A stretch of 61,851 nt of DNA. Origin: a virus (taxonomy: Duplodnaviria; Caudoviricetes). Under the pieces are notes generated by a model, which searched no databases, had not been told where the DNA came from, and saw only the letters and a program-made list of their open reading frames with translations. The DNA is taken from positions 1 to 61,851 of the IMG/VR virus record IMGVR_UViG_3300033182_001489. One strand, 5' to 3'. The translations under genes were made by a program, and so were the position numbers. Below, piece by piece: positions 36,201-40,446 of this stretch (position 1 is its first letter; the number at the start of each line of letters is the position of its first letter).

Positions 36201-36706
36201 ACAGCATCAAGTCCTGATAATCTAGTTAGAATCATTGCATCCTCAATTCTTCTTAATGTTTCTTCTGCAGACAAACCTTGTCTAGCAAATTCTGTAGCGG
36301 CTGCAGAAATATCCTTGAAAGAAGTTGCTGTATTCTGTGCTACGTCAAACAGGCTTGATCCAAAATCTTGCAGTTGAGAAGTCGTCATCCCCATAATTAC
36401 GTTAATATCTTTTAAAGCCTTTTCAACTTCTATAGCCGATTGAGCCATATGCTTTAGTGCGTCTGAAACGCCATTAATAACACCTACAGCTGCGCCAAAT
36501 GCAAATACACGAGCAACAGCAGCGTCCATAGATTTTTCAAACTCACCCATTTGCCCAGTAATTCTACCCAACGGCTGAGCAAGACCTTTTTCATTTAACG
36601 AAATAGATATTGGTTTAATTTTCTTTTCGCCTGCGCGAGCTTGATTAGCGATATCCTGATCAAGACCGACTGCTTTAACTCTGACTTTGATATTATCTTG
36701 AGGCAT
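12206..36706 (-). CDS. Giant tape measure protein (TP901-family N-terminal domain) with embedded effector-like domains
   Basis: 8166-aa uninterrupted ORF. N-terminal EFARQGLSAEETL...LANVDAAFAVSSKDLADGL...GAVIGNSFKSIFTRL is the PhageMin_Tail pattern. Lies between tail tube/chaperone genes and tail-tip genes. Confidence 0.9.
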   Translation of the reverse strand: MPQDNIKVRVKAVGLDQDIANQARAGEKKIKPISISLNEKGLAQPLGRITGQMGEFEKSMDAAVARVFAFGAAVGVINGVSDALKHMAQSAIEVEKALKDINVIMGMTTSQLQDFGSSLFDVAQNTATSFKDISAAATEFARQGLSAEETLRRIEDAMILTRLSGLDAVDSVASLTAAINGFSDAALTSTDIVNRLANVDAAFAVSSKDLADGLARAGATAQGAKVSFNELLAAVTSVQQQTARGGAVIGNSFKSIFTRLQRSSVREALEGVGVATTDVSGAFRSSMAVLQDYAAVYDKLSDAQRASTDEMIAGVFQVNNLKALIKDLNNEYSIYGQALSTANNTTDEAIRRNEELNKTMSALLVQTGLSIKEMASSIGELTLGPGIEKILGVLKGFTDGINNLLGESEGFNIGKTLLKGIGSFISGPGMILIGGAFIKLFAFIAKQGVGALKSIFAINSETKRQEGLQAAILQILMSEEGVRKKILSGSMSQTQKEKEILAVMKRQTTERIAQDALLKKIAASSALANIAVSPMGAFVPAGRGARSAKGKADLGLAKGYIPAFNKEEKSIKRGVGGARKSAEPVLIENFQSSKTKKQNVVANTDELMVKNFMGTGASAILNRDMVSRFGAPIGAERVGSAAQTGIEGVAGMGYLPNYAKGSINLRAGGAGVLLPQKGSSSSSEKFDVPARYVFPSGIPKGMKGKKISLSGVAVGKIEGKSGSFDEIVDQETRVALKNIGQRVLGGKKKISPAGPLSDYLDKSAAPQVSGRLFEATLNYIQGAVQKQKGGTDRWDFPSISQRLAGDVFGLEGSVGKKFDAKNSTNNKNIGSFASKLIKDRGGQKFIDKKLSDQKTKATPGRKRGFADGFIPNFKIRDVNNGIMNGLKTRRLEDSEGFSSMTYAKTGPNTRNIEWMQSFSKGDAFKIFSAARQSKFMKQGGEYTSDTIKQQRAFMQGSQTNFQDLVYAYPQLKYRMQEDMITSGRLINESSMQQYKFKDLSDLRNHVNQMDRKEFRQILGSNELGNRFLITDLTTRVTSAKSDGKIFNMIDKMAAGMIPNYGKFQRGLNAKRDFRYKPEGGKDWYTKFSGKSSEMQAFIKWIEANKKLPPYQLNKLRDVVNKDAGSYKKSYWDDYDKIKSGNASKSTIRGFYGTGITSPRPMPGDERMSINITDAESKLFIKQDKMNDLVNEWKRSQGAMGFSEGFIPNFVNVRAIQELAKRGGTRGERAAAQNILKKQKSKIKTIKSKTIYDKMFLESYIKNPIEYKSDLDLLIKKGYNAEELKSLRKLHKQSPQSVKILYGGYVPNYNFLNERMAEASNASSLYNEPVGYEDTSVKNLEIKGQKRKVVVNNKEKFFETGKDVQRAFNLPSAPDGGMVLPPRDTTVGKERAREFASMINSFASGTTPMAEPSPPQMAYGALPNFAIFRKYSPNTLRKSKIKNYSNEEFAEISRALSEFNLMSMGARGGVINTRLKSASRADGLFRATTKQQKEDFRQFFNSREFRSLSKYVQEKLKADFPDLSKGYGYDINPFEVRQLENISEGIVPNYANLTLYRGQKNPTIDRPNIGRNMPSFKGAKTPQDVINIIQNFVKSHVSGPLSGRRDIGELDNVAPSGATSFSTSQTIAKEFAGGGLNKPAKDNILSTQVPEKNVFNKKKILKLLNRGANPKKGIYPEVEKFKKAMASGQIQKWAEQVGGLFLNVSGRRNDPALMQFNRIKYGRKEYDFYDKSMQSIVPQSDIGWNQNKTQQISSREHEVMQIFNDGFIPNFAGAGGKAGRQKDKPYQKDKDNIIDLTPFTTFAYSLLFPQRNSGSKTDATVRGSGPYAKKYQSQFKVGWNTKGINPGLPGTVDDIAKIADSVERDVKTVVFGHAENFIKAFGESEIRMSSPSVINRQVEKSFNKGSITAMAGNAFEAAANTAFGNVPVNAGGGDFDVRGPSEQLRKFFAWPPAHGFVGDFKANAESGDIKISMADKILKELDYQGMLSGQVAKDKDDFNRYDKDLAKKNKDATLQRFAGAAAANSIRGKITKKAGKDQEKNISTQEHQSIPVYPGVRSGAQEKQYFDENMYGGFVPNYEINKKAASKKTTDALGKAIQREHQAGIPFSKIRVAQSNRLINEHNPAGLGVINTYDEPAGIDQGINRAVAQGKNPEFHGLMANGYVPNFVGGAIGRGISKVFGRGGSKAGKGIDVPSSGGGMFQNSIMFAPMLLGGFEGSTGEASGYLADGLQDATQIAAITSMITNKKRWIALAAAVGATNGTLDHYSKSLQAHGKILEENINYNQKVIDSASGVIQAQTRLNNALENGNVSAVQKSIELLQKQIEDFPQGSSAAQELRDDLVAANGDIEKMSDSLERFSERAQKLNSLDKVQLDLTKLEEDRGSVGSIPFGPSRIPNPFGEDFKGEMGEEGKRKAKIAGNDTVRSLDLAEDQVDNLVNTITNEIDYLKDSPRDIKDTLRKYAATLDEESRKGFQSIIENVPDDVVVDYTQGILEQARLRKQSLEAAEAVGETTKSLGNLKSAIVNLARATSRSVAELNKNIDRAFNIAEKQLESELSILKGLNVITAAEADNEKMNFDIARINSQTAAATEFEVTEFVREFAKSMNIDEVEGKDGSVFSGAMGEILSNMYNSGSKFDDSDPRFFADQIIDSIANNAPENRTKEEQELLDSVVQLNQKSSNQIELLKMQNKIAQRQETMASRIALRNSQLNMDREGKIFQDFGFASKFEPRTSLDKDIQARTTTDMLNILQPLFGEDQISRQMRQEAGTAQAIGNVQRILMGMGVKMEDKDGVDKSFLASVQNGQGGPNLQDLIAVMQNALVQEDYSKGQKDMMAYMIKGLQRQEAEMLKTSMDPELLQRDTIESTAKELGIDLEDLGINLDTLGFDSLNAIADELSKEPVELKHLISIDQNISDMKISLSKFESLPAILDQLSALKGKDEVKKEERKKSEAKTKDNKEKAQSIVTKGLTVSASGSTNVNAGSVAINTNGSRAGSTAAGGFVPNFASEDRLRNQLLNPSTQISTIQSARQSVGGILQATAGDGYLQSRGFSQYEGKTFTGGAALRVAGFYPGATSAIFREVKALEGKGIANPLNEIQLTIPKQNDSFNGVKYQGAVVTNKLDEGAVSPQSYISKIRSIHGVTPKDKAFGTKGIETIAKKSSLNFGMDSVGRAAAFVPNFAKGDSAVSSFRKIVDDLTFAMDEIEKNPLKEGSGGQTNRRVEKINSYKQQIIDRLNEVGTKKGDKLRAFLSRDDTAALEMNKILTDRFRIYGLHFSDVVGDGGERIMEDVAPRLLDTGAAARAQLQGGLGSRVQFGFDALLPAEMTEEGLVATEKIRTLDYNQGNKGLMHLDTFGPKEIMTEKDLQLEAQAKAKAESDAAFDAKQKKKGRGFKIKMPKFKISDMLNLRGLENWVPSWASVSGAKELIGNMGERAREYGTGIRERINVARMFDSDDVAEQQKAVDAFSNDEFLSSAKDDSVPAKSLFERTTEKARDFIERQRRKQQAAAYLRNKRRETEQAELERLQAERDREIAEARERAQKAKEEQKSQKAKEKAEKQFRKEKEAAEKKYKAEQEKIQKQIEAERVRKIQQEEIDRGLNRTRSIIDGTERIVYNDPVYREMGLMDTIKARAANFAGFTDTEAQVQMEMNRQYNARALADVAQGKGLQADEHPLQKMAKLAKQQAQVSQPKSVEPVDFEEPAKVNIGVTPASALDRIGSARAETVPKTLGQKISGYLDSLKQKGQKAFMKPSPKKLGAYEVIDAATGKPILEVDEFGNKTEIKQPNEMVLYDARGNKIDADNIIETYAREVGPLSLEDSKNASAANELTVTKQIKSQAELKEIFRAFKDGEIDKSEADRRLYGVMKEDPDLAKRLDIKTSDEVLALENSDVKSPDISSRISRSGEGLQKLDQLIENPEFKSSALEGMTLDEQIRWKETQAMISKYDSKKSYPLPPKELLIDSIKSPGLLQDEGEDLASRLLLQHMREDSPEFLKKNLGLEDLSDPKLLQQRLKEQLAMYENIMTNPNSSKYESERAKVLFDNLKANYQYYQDLNDTDKFYKFKMTNQKLLGTHFKDLAKSLVTAGGMEGLSSLDVVNQVMKDPDQWKTLVAHDNSLKSIIDSFKYYNEDQLEAWKQMLQVNLEREMLQKSFSGKLAGQTLSPDLISKLVDVEKHVGMNIVGPYLDSLADNGKSFKIGDFIKYLNPIYPDGSPVKKKFGLEQLLSEIQEGKIFSGFAIKNSLIPMEKPDAAKKILNLLGSGHNAADVAKRIGQITAADELYTQAQQLALEKGNVLPDANDINAVLFKDGSLDLSNIQAPDETIEKIRNIMDQVQQSGSSGDLKTSGNVLADALDPTSALENVDNIDAQTRAMDLLMESMGIKRGAYNDLFKHLLAKGLSGTLTDEELTQMANMLDVHNNTPGGIIDPDTAKAGNVVVKKGFTDRRLKGTERLGSDLANTSRPPAPDPVEDANAVGDALREAQGTVTEVAEGEATGDGQSAVKQATDIKEETDPVFKQAVEDTPDYPPGIDGPEEDSPAKQSRSLTERLRALSDWVVDTGLFKGTTKAMKSGFGLLSMKDGVVNLSDKLVSRLKRRNKEQMENAKLQDVNNAKSAVANLVPTRNESLADSYRRNPKSAFEKDLEQSLAGKEKLGDEYKFTKKGGMPKVGLKDYFAFEGPGTQITRKNKASIAAVDDPLAPLNKGEKLMWAKRIDAKDTRPYQRMMNNLNWGDRSIQKGDSSVSFSDATEEERIAGLAEEIKLNVNKPTFYDPDNYAEDVDGKLVQTQPKSNVSAVLDGTYVEPEDIKPKSNLTPILDKHQDDILHTRSRKTLPEPEKPFIEAPGKQITDVDKYLDDFRTSQIAANPNASVDQIDDMVDQKRQRILSTEKVSSKITTEEARTRAKALIDNATLSRTKRAQQVLDDAVNLKMGPQKLGSAARTGIGMGTTVGLNVGAAYFAQTEKGMKVADYAASLAGRSKFAIQKKDNPRMFLSESGAAFNPLEVSADTLKFNNPNALGGQSTTFKKDEFDSQTGEMKNQDVLSIREPKIFDTQEEALQWMNSNGIDSNEYNVFNAAQDPVGRELLRMYGKGFSQEKGFLGATGAEWTGLGTGVAAEGLLAAAIAKTGGATIGASLASGATAGAIAAAPAVGIIAGEYFRDTHSGGEGHLLGLGSYAAGGAIAGALIGGPVGALVGAGIGATAYGARTVLGDYVDFDSSGNVSWAKSPEELKEQQKQILELIKTRADELRDIMDLSYMAQKQKESRIGADLISGEPLQKGFSYDTIDEKGNKKRINVAGKDLFDASIEEENKRRMEEQMKHILGLLDIAEDMDAKILENKKLRQLGEVNDNWFSDDDPVFKQNYTFDEANRMISDVVSLYDASGNTHFDMATLRKMSKEGYTQKQIMDTFSDPNFEISRIDPKTGQPKTIKPNTKDIKDLRAKKAKDYLKGLENVNLVNKRRGHTASSTDFVATTGHSVDDVVRLGQLKPDQIEYESKVASLIKDRRGKLFSKEHKILQSKKEWKDAASRGTLDYGKVGYPLEMAKILGIPLKADGKPRRQAAIEADVDKAYEDYFASGKLPVKRPLFDGDFVSDARDTMKMIRYTDGVNSLMWGKQKDGWTVEHDPDTKGVNMFHPEFGAVSLPGLGNYDSEASLEKLIEKYEADIMRSGYEDNKNMDPTLQGFSDTDRYRSGYDQKTSRSELGKSKYKNYDEISKHIPEDRRRMLGALSVLMQRKESIDNQELSRESVEKIRTQDKKSKKFERDAKRYGDFSKFIAERNTKVKSANQEISSAGFDLNKAISDFSLNKIVQGVNKEHLGHDFLNNKKLGSLNMSEAEINAYVDRMYDFVQQQDVGPLMKEFDNTQAEIGVIDKKISQGVTPEERKNLNLKKQSLQQKLEKISVKRADIKKGLSAPARIKKALAVRAKAESEYKAKVDGLYSSMSNDLSSGQKSVFNDVGRRFGSDTIEGKEIAIQRVFENELLEESRKQQMPDLYPGETPDRNKLNLQRGIMFEDDQWSPELKDKHQKWLDLKSKYLTIPNVPKEMLLPEQHSEILKAKEDFMKQYSFELKNRSSVKAGTEEKWEDFSKSRFTKEQKEQGAETSVAEKIAKARDQWKDVAGMPEMLQYTAQMELAGTDVGANLAMGSIPVNEIDKAHGRLTNLLSRSGKTMEWWRDQPLKSRNAKLNQIQRQSSRKEMLDKFARENLSAEGARVEGTSEIFKTYQDYKIGPITVPGRSAEDHAMDFLKKNLRDKFNFYDINEDNRLSAREIGDMGADFSLDNHLGKLLGSDKEGYSIARRKKVGADAGTFVPEMFSQLLQTQDLNDDGFLDRSEIFKGVGSKDFREREDFYAPKIQENVNKMLKENMVHRVSPYTASLESGMLDYFSGGGLGAISSWSNVLNIPASKIKGLEPGKQKEISEAQSVAAALIQSVPYHQTVIKRGSALEERTKAQYKDLFETREMFRLSGEDELTGRELEAKRDMLKQKEGGVDSAEYKSTMKHLNALYAKQEKFKQIDGMIKDSIRTGLFNEGGPFSLTDFLQMHLSSPEAQYSGLSDPSWAPDNIGTRWQTYDKDYFNGIRTAATSLDSLEAAKIDTAMFGGEEAEVGSQDLNFELDEARLQQQHAERNKFIKENMNERSRQAFERELRGDGPHGDFNLLDGESSPEKPTLTNIYDPLKFIQKYTQDYNLKKGQLWRDVDEKKKVYDDLRLNAGIGNNPQTGVEARSVAFNQYKQAVLAELKHRKILNPNATTAEVVNRKNYHELSNSDWSLGSTYKDFFENYNESDIKVQMPAGDIPVKNAQEAGEQLFKNRGDEIIPVLKKRGLMTQDGKFVSKVGENVITPQKIYELIATTTPGSKYVYKNDSKFQRMKQIWASKYGGEFTPGAMNLFKNEGSLLTLTSSTPAGDLNKSTFSGDLSNSFVVQRTASKEGEEPEVLGQFDTLSPIDKLMHAIAESAQVGFKGSASTTDFRSIYKGMSLHEREMFKSKYADDIENKVPPGIIKQLNTFISEIDKEELYGAAQGRVPNYIKLKMKHNKRLTPQEKSVLAQAKRDEYEARKIVQAKRRASGISRGAAALIDRADYNECLARFIDASPGAGAHRSLIGFDKRMKDLDNLNLEYGPRKFEGRMIKNEGDKNKLREGFARARATYFNQFKAAVQRDHNSKNRIIFDHVDPRGFRENPDLCNIKTNMIGRPTIETLSAEEKAAAARLGITLQDNVMKVDEQGNPILSQEQLTNERRLEGTGPFDITRKTQIMEGAGAGGAIMTETTLNEIQTAANQAFSQFNQNREKIEKEQKQQDIDKYDTDGDGKLSDDELRIKKLKEFLEKNKRSASASGFKPTQKSAGMSAKSGAKGIMNEMFAAHRAGYKSPLRPNEVSMAKLRTSTGRVEKRTVNSREKIFSRGGMDFVAPPRDSGATARKYASSVKSEFGFDPYDDSTAAEGFIPRAANAASTALQTNLITGPLIMALQKVFNQQKSSSQQSQSSSAFEDIQYRYDPKKDVMQPSNDRALNKMVRNFVDTKASRTEDSERVNFDDITKPFIDSFQVWKEISKNVKQSFNEGQKQFVDGFKQIFDLQQEANSPEEGFENLLKKVDLKQANPMSPAVDILKQLLDCCRKGSAEEKRLQQADQRSSSPEVKRDIVEQSKSSMTPGQKLVQDVANARFERQKEMGGIDLNSFARTNLARSVTDLDVQKIDDQGDPDIIAAKKRFLEDDNFRQANKQIDWDAWAKDKFEHFQDRGIQVNRGNVDELLGKAPEGTFMDQAIQKQLQNFEFDPAKIPSADPLKQEAEVIKDGITAINQPDATAPREEALALRGNCCDAIEDFLRSQTQTPDLSSQQQFVPPEGHTIPDSIPDMDQLRYKVDEDDLEPQVRRFNNSFESPPVDFLTRKPEQKLYRYESDTFRNQSAAMDSLNPSSTSMGVDTTFLDAIPSALAPLMEGFTSFIGKIGDLSDILQTPIGPMMMEQGLNEQGALFNNTENVFETNNDNSSAEIQTQEVNQPRLQIPEGLEEMLTLKAPEEMPAVEFNVDNFNTAISRLETSMASLSEIRLSPPTSEELRLAMPDDFSLQLQAPEDMPTVNIDVEKLDAAVKALNEAVQNATSVTHKFDLNLDTSGIVQVVADNEQLRKGVETPLADFKKAMESSLETTLGYRISAAMNDVINLLTGGAR
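30209..35032 (-). repeat. Cluster of 11 G-[FYIMA]-[IVL]-P-[NA]-[FY] peptide motifs inside the TMP
   Basis: Motifs at about 35015, 34730, 34088, 33527, 33080, 32783, 32435, 32060, 31397, 30476 and 30209. Further copies at 27698, 27176 and 15635, and a degenerate one at 14375. Confidence 0.9.
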
Positions 36707-36710
36707 AATT

Positions 36711-36730
36711 ACATAATATTTACACTAAAA
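36711..36730 (-). promoter_or_regulatory. Putative late promoter (GTGTA motif) for the TMP
   Basis: TTTTTAGTGTAAATATTATG; GTGTA lies 14 nt upstream of the ATG. Confidence 0.55.
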
Positions 36731-36738
36731 AGTATGCA

Positions 36739-37791
36739 TCAGTCACTAATGAAATCCATTATTCCTAATTCTCCAGAAGGTTTTTTGGACTTAGCATTTT
36801 TTTCGACAGCTTGATCAAAAATACTTTTTCCTTTTCTAGAGACTCCCATCTCTTTATAATCATCACCTTTAGCCCCAACAACCGAAAAGTTATCTGAATT
36901 TTGCGCCTTCTCCATAAGCTTTCTGGCATTATCTCCTTTTTCTGCCCACTCAAAAAGCTTGTCTGGATCTCCGTGCAGATGCTTTGGCGGCGAGGTATTT
37001 TTAATAATTGATCGTAACACTTTTGCGTAACTCAATAAATTAAGCTGATAAAAGGTAAGGTCATAAACAGGTCTTTGAAAAAAACTCGCAGGATTTTCTT
37101 CGATTAAATTAAAGTAAGATATAAAAAAGCTAGATATAGATAAATATTTAATAGTTTCCAGAGAGAGCAATTTCATTCCAGTATTATAAGATGAAATTAT
37201 TGTTGCTATATCCGTGTGATCCAAGTATTCTTCGTCCTCTTGATCAAAAAGTTTTTCAGTGCATTCTTTATCTCTATACAAGCAATAAAGCATTGTATAA
37301 GAATTAAGTTGTAAATCTGCGTATTGCTCGCAGGTTGATCCAATTAACTGCCTACGCTTATTTTCTTTCTTAATAAGTTTCGACTGTATGGAATCAATAT
37401 TTTTTTGAACCTGATCGGCTTGACTCTTAATTGCAAGTTTTGCCTTAGTTTGCTTTAAATTATCAACAAAAATTCTTTGAGACTTAACCCACTTTTCTTC
37501 TTCCTCTGTCCACAAGCCTTCGTCATACATTCTCTGAATTGCTTCTTCTTTTGTAGGTAGACCAGTGTCTACAGCTTTCTGCAAATAATTATCGTAACTT
37601 TCATCAAGATGCAATTGATCATTTAAATTAAAATGTTTTGCATACCCTTCTATAAACTTTTTTGAAGGAGAATATAAAACGCTTGACGATTTAGGCTCAA
37701 TAATTACCTTTGAGCTAGATTGAATTATATCTCTTAAAGCTTTTCTAAGTTCAGGCTCTTTGACTTTGTCAGACTTTTCGTCTTCGCTCAT
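36739..37791 (-). CDS. Putative tail assembly chaperone (pre-TMP)
   Basis: 350 aa, helical, immediately upstream of the TMP; position-based call. Confidence 0.45.
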   Translation of the reverse strand: MSEDEKSDKVKEPELRKALRDIIQSSSKVIIEPKSSSVLYSPSKKFIEGYAKHFNLNDQLHLDESYDNYLQKAVDTGLPTKEEAIQRMYDEGLWTEEEEKWVKSQRIFVDNLKQTKAKLAIKSQADQVQKNIDSIQSKLIKKENKRRQLIGSTCEQYADLQLNSYTMLYCLYRDKECTEKLFDQEDEEYLDHTDIATIISSYNTGMKLLSLETIKYLSISSFFISYFNLIEENPASFFQRPVYDLTFYQLNLLSYAKVLRSIIKNTSPPKHLHGDPDKLFEWAEKGDNARKLMEKAQNSDNFSVVGAKGDDYKEMGVSRKGKSIFDQAVEKNAKSKKPSGELGIMDFISD

Positions 37792-37805
37792 TCTGCATAA
37801 GCAAA

Positions 37806-38678
37806 TTAAGCACCAGCATCAATTTCTTCCAAAAGCCTATCGAAATCTTCAGAGTTTGAAACTCCACTCATGTACCAAATGGTCGTAAGAGAACTAAGCT
37901 TGTCAATGCATTTTAAATAGACTTCGTCATTTTTTTCATCAAGCTCTAAATAGTCTTGATATTTATCATCATAAGTTTCTCCTCTAAATAGCGGCATAAG
38001 CTCTGCATCATCAGAGTCTCCTTCAGATGTATGAGCAAGGTGAAGCAAATACCAAGTAATTGTTTTATTTCTGGCTTTAATATCTGCAGTATGATCAAAC
38101 ATGCTTGCTTGAACTGCTTCAAAATCTGTAAGCTCTTTACGAATTACACCTAGTTCTTCTATGGCAGTTTGAAGTCTTTCGGTCTCATCGTTACTTCTTT
38201 CATCCGCAGTCTTTAAGCTGAATCGCTGAACGGCTTGCTGTTTTTCATAAAGCCTAACATATAACTGGGCATATCTTTGCTTTTCTTGTTCGGTCAAAGA
38301 TCCTCCTACATCTAGATGCTGCTTTGCAAGCATGGCTCTAGTAAGTAGCCCCATTTTTATATATTTATTTAGCCATATGCTATAAAACATATCGCCGTCT
38401 TCAAGTTGTGTTCGAGTGGGTTTTTTTAAAACTATCCTAACAGGCTTTTCTTCAACAGATTCTCTAGTTTCTTTAACTATCTGTTTTTCTTTTACTTTGC
38501 GTTTTTCGGTAACAAGGACTTTTTCCATCTTGCCCGTCTCTTTATTCTTTTTTCTTTTTTCGACTTCGACGTCTTTTTCTACTTCAACTTCCTTTTCTAC
38601 CTCAACTTCTTTTTGCGTTGTAACGTCTAGATTAATTGAAAATGAATATAACTCTTTATTTAGTGTGGTTAGTGCCAT
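37806..38678 (-). CDS. Putative tail assembly chaperone
   Basis: 290 aa between tube genes and TMP; EVEVEK repeats and coiled coil; position-based call. Confidence 0.45.
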   Translation of the reverse strand: MALTTLNKELYSFSINLDVTTQKEVEVEKEVEVEKDVEVEKRKKNKETGKMEKVLVTEKRKVKEKQIVKETRESVEEKPVRIVLKKPTRTQLEDGDMFYSIWLNKYIKMGLLTRAMLAKQHLDVGGSLTEQEKQRYAQLYVRLYEKQQAVQRFSLKTADERSNDETERLQTAIEELGVIRKELTDFEAVQASMFDHTADIKARNKTITWYLLHLAHTSEGDSDDAELMPLFRGETYDDKYQDYLELDEKNDEVYLKCIDKLSSLTTIWYMSGVSNSEDFDRLLEEIDAGA

Positions 38679-38686
38679 GATATGTT

Positions 38687-38709
38687 TTACTGAATATTAT
38701 ATTCAGTAA
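38687..38709. promoter_or_regulatory. 23-bp palindrome (operator-like)
   Basis: ttactgaatat-t-atattcagtaa, 8 nt upstream of the ATG at 38678. Confidence 0.45.
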
Positions 38710-38730
38710 TTTTTAATTTTAAACTTTTTT

Positions 38731-39504
38731 TTAACTAAAGTCTGTAATTGTCATGGTACCCGTAAGTACTCCTCCCTCACTCACTGTAACACCTTGCGAT
38801 GTCACAAAGCCCAAAACTTTTCTACTCCACTCATTTCCGCACAATCCTCCTATAGTCAGAGTTAATGAAGCAGTCTCAGGACACTTCACTCCGCAGTCCT
38901 TAATTGTTGCAGTTAAATTATCTCCCTCCATTGTTAATTCCTCAGTTCCATCAGTTCTGTATTTAAAAACAGGACACATTGATCCAATCTCAAAAATAGC
39001 ATCATAACTTTGACTCATACTGTAAGAAGCTCTAAATGCTGGACCTCCAATACCAGTTTCGTCACCAGCGCCATGCAATAAATCTCCACCAACAATAGCC
39101 TTATCCGCAACCTCTATATTTCCTCCTCGGGGAGTAATATTTGGATTTAAAGTTGGCGGGGTAAAAAATTGAAAACTAGCAGACGAGCTAACTACTTGAT
39201 TTGGCTCTACATCAACAGACATATCTGTCAATAAACCATTCTGACCACTAGAACCTCCGATGACGATATTCTCTCCATCAACTTCTGGATTTAACATTGC
39301 AAAAAATTGTGGGTCGAGCGCCGAACCAATAAACTCAAACGAGGCATCTCCACCTGGAGGGCCCGAAGGAACAACACCCATCGCACCCTTATATCCTACA
39401 GCCCTAACGGCCTCATAACCTTTTTGAGCATTCATGCTCGCACTCGAAGCGAAGAAATCAAAGTCCCCTATTGCTACTACTACGTCTGAATAAAATACTG
39501 CCAT
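38731..39504 (-). CDS. Tail tube-like protein, paralog 3
   Basis: 257 aa; LLTDMSVDVEPNQVVSSSASFQF and ASYSMSQSYDAIFEIGSMCP align with motifs in 40447..41727. Confidence 0.55.
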   Translation of the reverse strand: MAVFYSDVVVAIGDFDFFASSASMNAQKGYEAVRAVGYKGAMGVVPSGPPGGDASFEFIGSALDPQFFAMLNPEVDGENIVIGGSSGQNGLLTDMSVDVEPNQVVSSSASFQFFTPPTLNPNITPRGGNIEVADKAIVGGDLLHGAGDETGIGGPAFRASYSMSQSYDAIFEIGSMCPVFKYRTDGTEELTMEGDNLTATIKDCGVKCPETASLTLTIGGLCGNEWSRKVLGFVTSQGVTVSEGGVLTGTMTITDFS

Positions 39505-39522
39505 GCACTATTATACACTAAA
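39505..39522 (-). promoter_or_regulatory. Putative late promoter (GTGTA motif)
   Basis: TTTAGTGTATAATAGTGC-ATG. Confidence 0.6.
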
Positions 39523-39523
39523 A

Positions 39524-40378
39524 TTAATAAGAAATCCCATTTAAAAGTTTTTCTAGATAATATATATTAGTAATATAAGACTTATAGGTAAAGGTTGCTT
39601 CCAATTCTTCATGTATTGATCCAGTCTGATTATAATCTACAAGCTTAGCCTTTCTTACAAAAAATGTTCTAATCGCATCTCCTGTTGCGCAATCTATAAA
39701 ATTAAAAAGCAGGTCCTGCTCAGTAGGGTTGCAGACAAAATCAAACAGATTTTTAGATTCATAATCGTCAACATGTATCGTAAATTGGCAATCTACTTGT
39801 ATAGGAAACTGAACAATATAATCGTGTGGTTGCAATTTTCCTAAAATGTTAACAACCTCCCTATCTATATTTATTGAAACCTCAAAAGATTGAATCCGAT
39901 TGCTCTCATGCCCCTCAACATTTAATATTATACTGCCAGGGCTTGCGATGATAATAGTGTCATCTCTTTCTTTTTTTCGCGCAGGAGTTGATCCTATATT
40001 GCCTCCTGCATTTCCAAAAGCGAGAATTGAAAAATCTAATGTTGGAATAGTGCCAACTGAGCACGCGCAGCGATAGTTAGTAAGCATTCCATCTGTAAAT
40101 TTAAAATGTTCACCATTATCATAATAGACTTCTCCTAAAATTTTCGTGCTATGAAATAATGAAATTATTGGGTCAGTCGGGGATACCATTAATCTCTCAA
40201 TGTCAAAAGTTGACTGCAGAGATTGCTCAACCACTCCCCCTAGAAATCCGCCGTCAAGCCCTACTGAATTGACATAAGTTTCAGGAGCCTCCCATCCAGC
40301 CGCGCAAGATTGCACACCCCTCAGTCTTTCTCCGTTAATATATACATTTTGAGTATCGTGCAGATGTCTTCCATACAT
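39524..40378 (-). CDS. Tail tube-like protein, paralog 2
   Basis: 284 aa; LRGVQSC, LTNYRCACSVGTIPTL and RIQSFEVSINIDREVVNILG match motifs of the major tube protein. Confidence 0.65.
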   Translation of the reverse strand: MYGRHLHDTQNVYINGERLRGVQSCAAGWEAPETYVNSVGLDGGFLGGVVEQSLQSTFDIERLMVSPTDPIISLFHSTKILGEVYYDNGEHFKFTDGMLTNYRCACSVGTIPTLDFSILAFGNAGGNIGSTPARKKERDDTIIIASPGSIILNVEGHESNRIQSFEVSINIDREVVNILGKLQPHDYIVQFPIQVDCQFTIHVDDYESKNLFDFVCNPTEQDLLFNFIDCATGDAIRTFFVRKAKLVDYNQTGSIHEELEATFTYKSYITNIYYLEKLLNGISY

Positions 40379-40394
40379 GCATTATTATACACAA
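40379..40394 (-). promoter_or_regulatory. Putative late promoter (GTGTA motif)
   Basis: TTGTGTATAATAATGC-ATG, directly after the terminator. Confidence 0.6.
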
Positions 40395-40424
40395 AAAAAC
40401 CCCCGCTTTCCAGCGGGGGTTTTT
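40393..40424 (-). terminator. Rho-independent terminator after the major tail gene
   Basis: Perfect stem aaaaacccccgct-ttcc-agcgggggttttt with a U-tract on the minus strand. Confidence 0.85.
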
Positions 40425-40446
40425 AATTGAATCCTTAACGCGTTTC

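Noticed and set aside
12810-36377. Many 60-195 aa ORFs antisense to or nested in the TMP
   Set aside because: They lie inside a 24.5-kb ORF, have no recognisable motifs or promoters, and their composition mirrors the TMP codons.
37792-37830. Programmed -1 frameshift joining the two pre-TMP chaperones (lambda G/GT style)
   Set aside because: The downstream ORF is in the -1 frame, but that frame has a TGA at 37819-37821. This leaves only GCT GGT GCT before the first stop, with no slippery heptamer.
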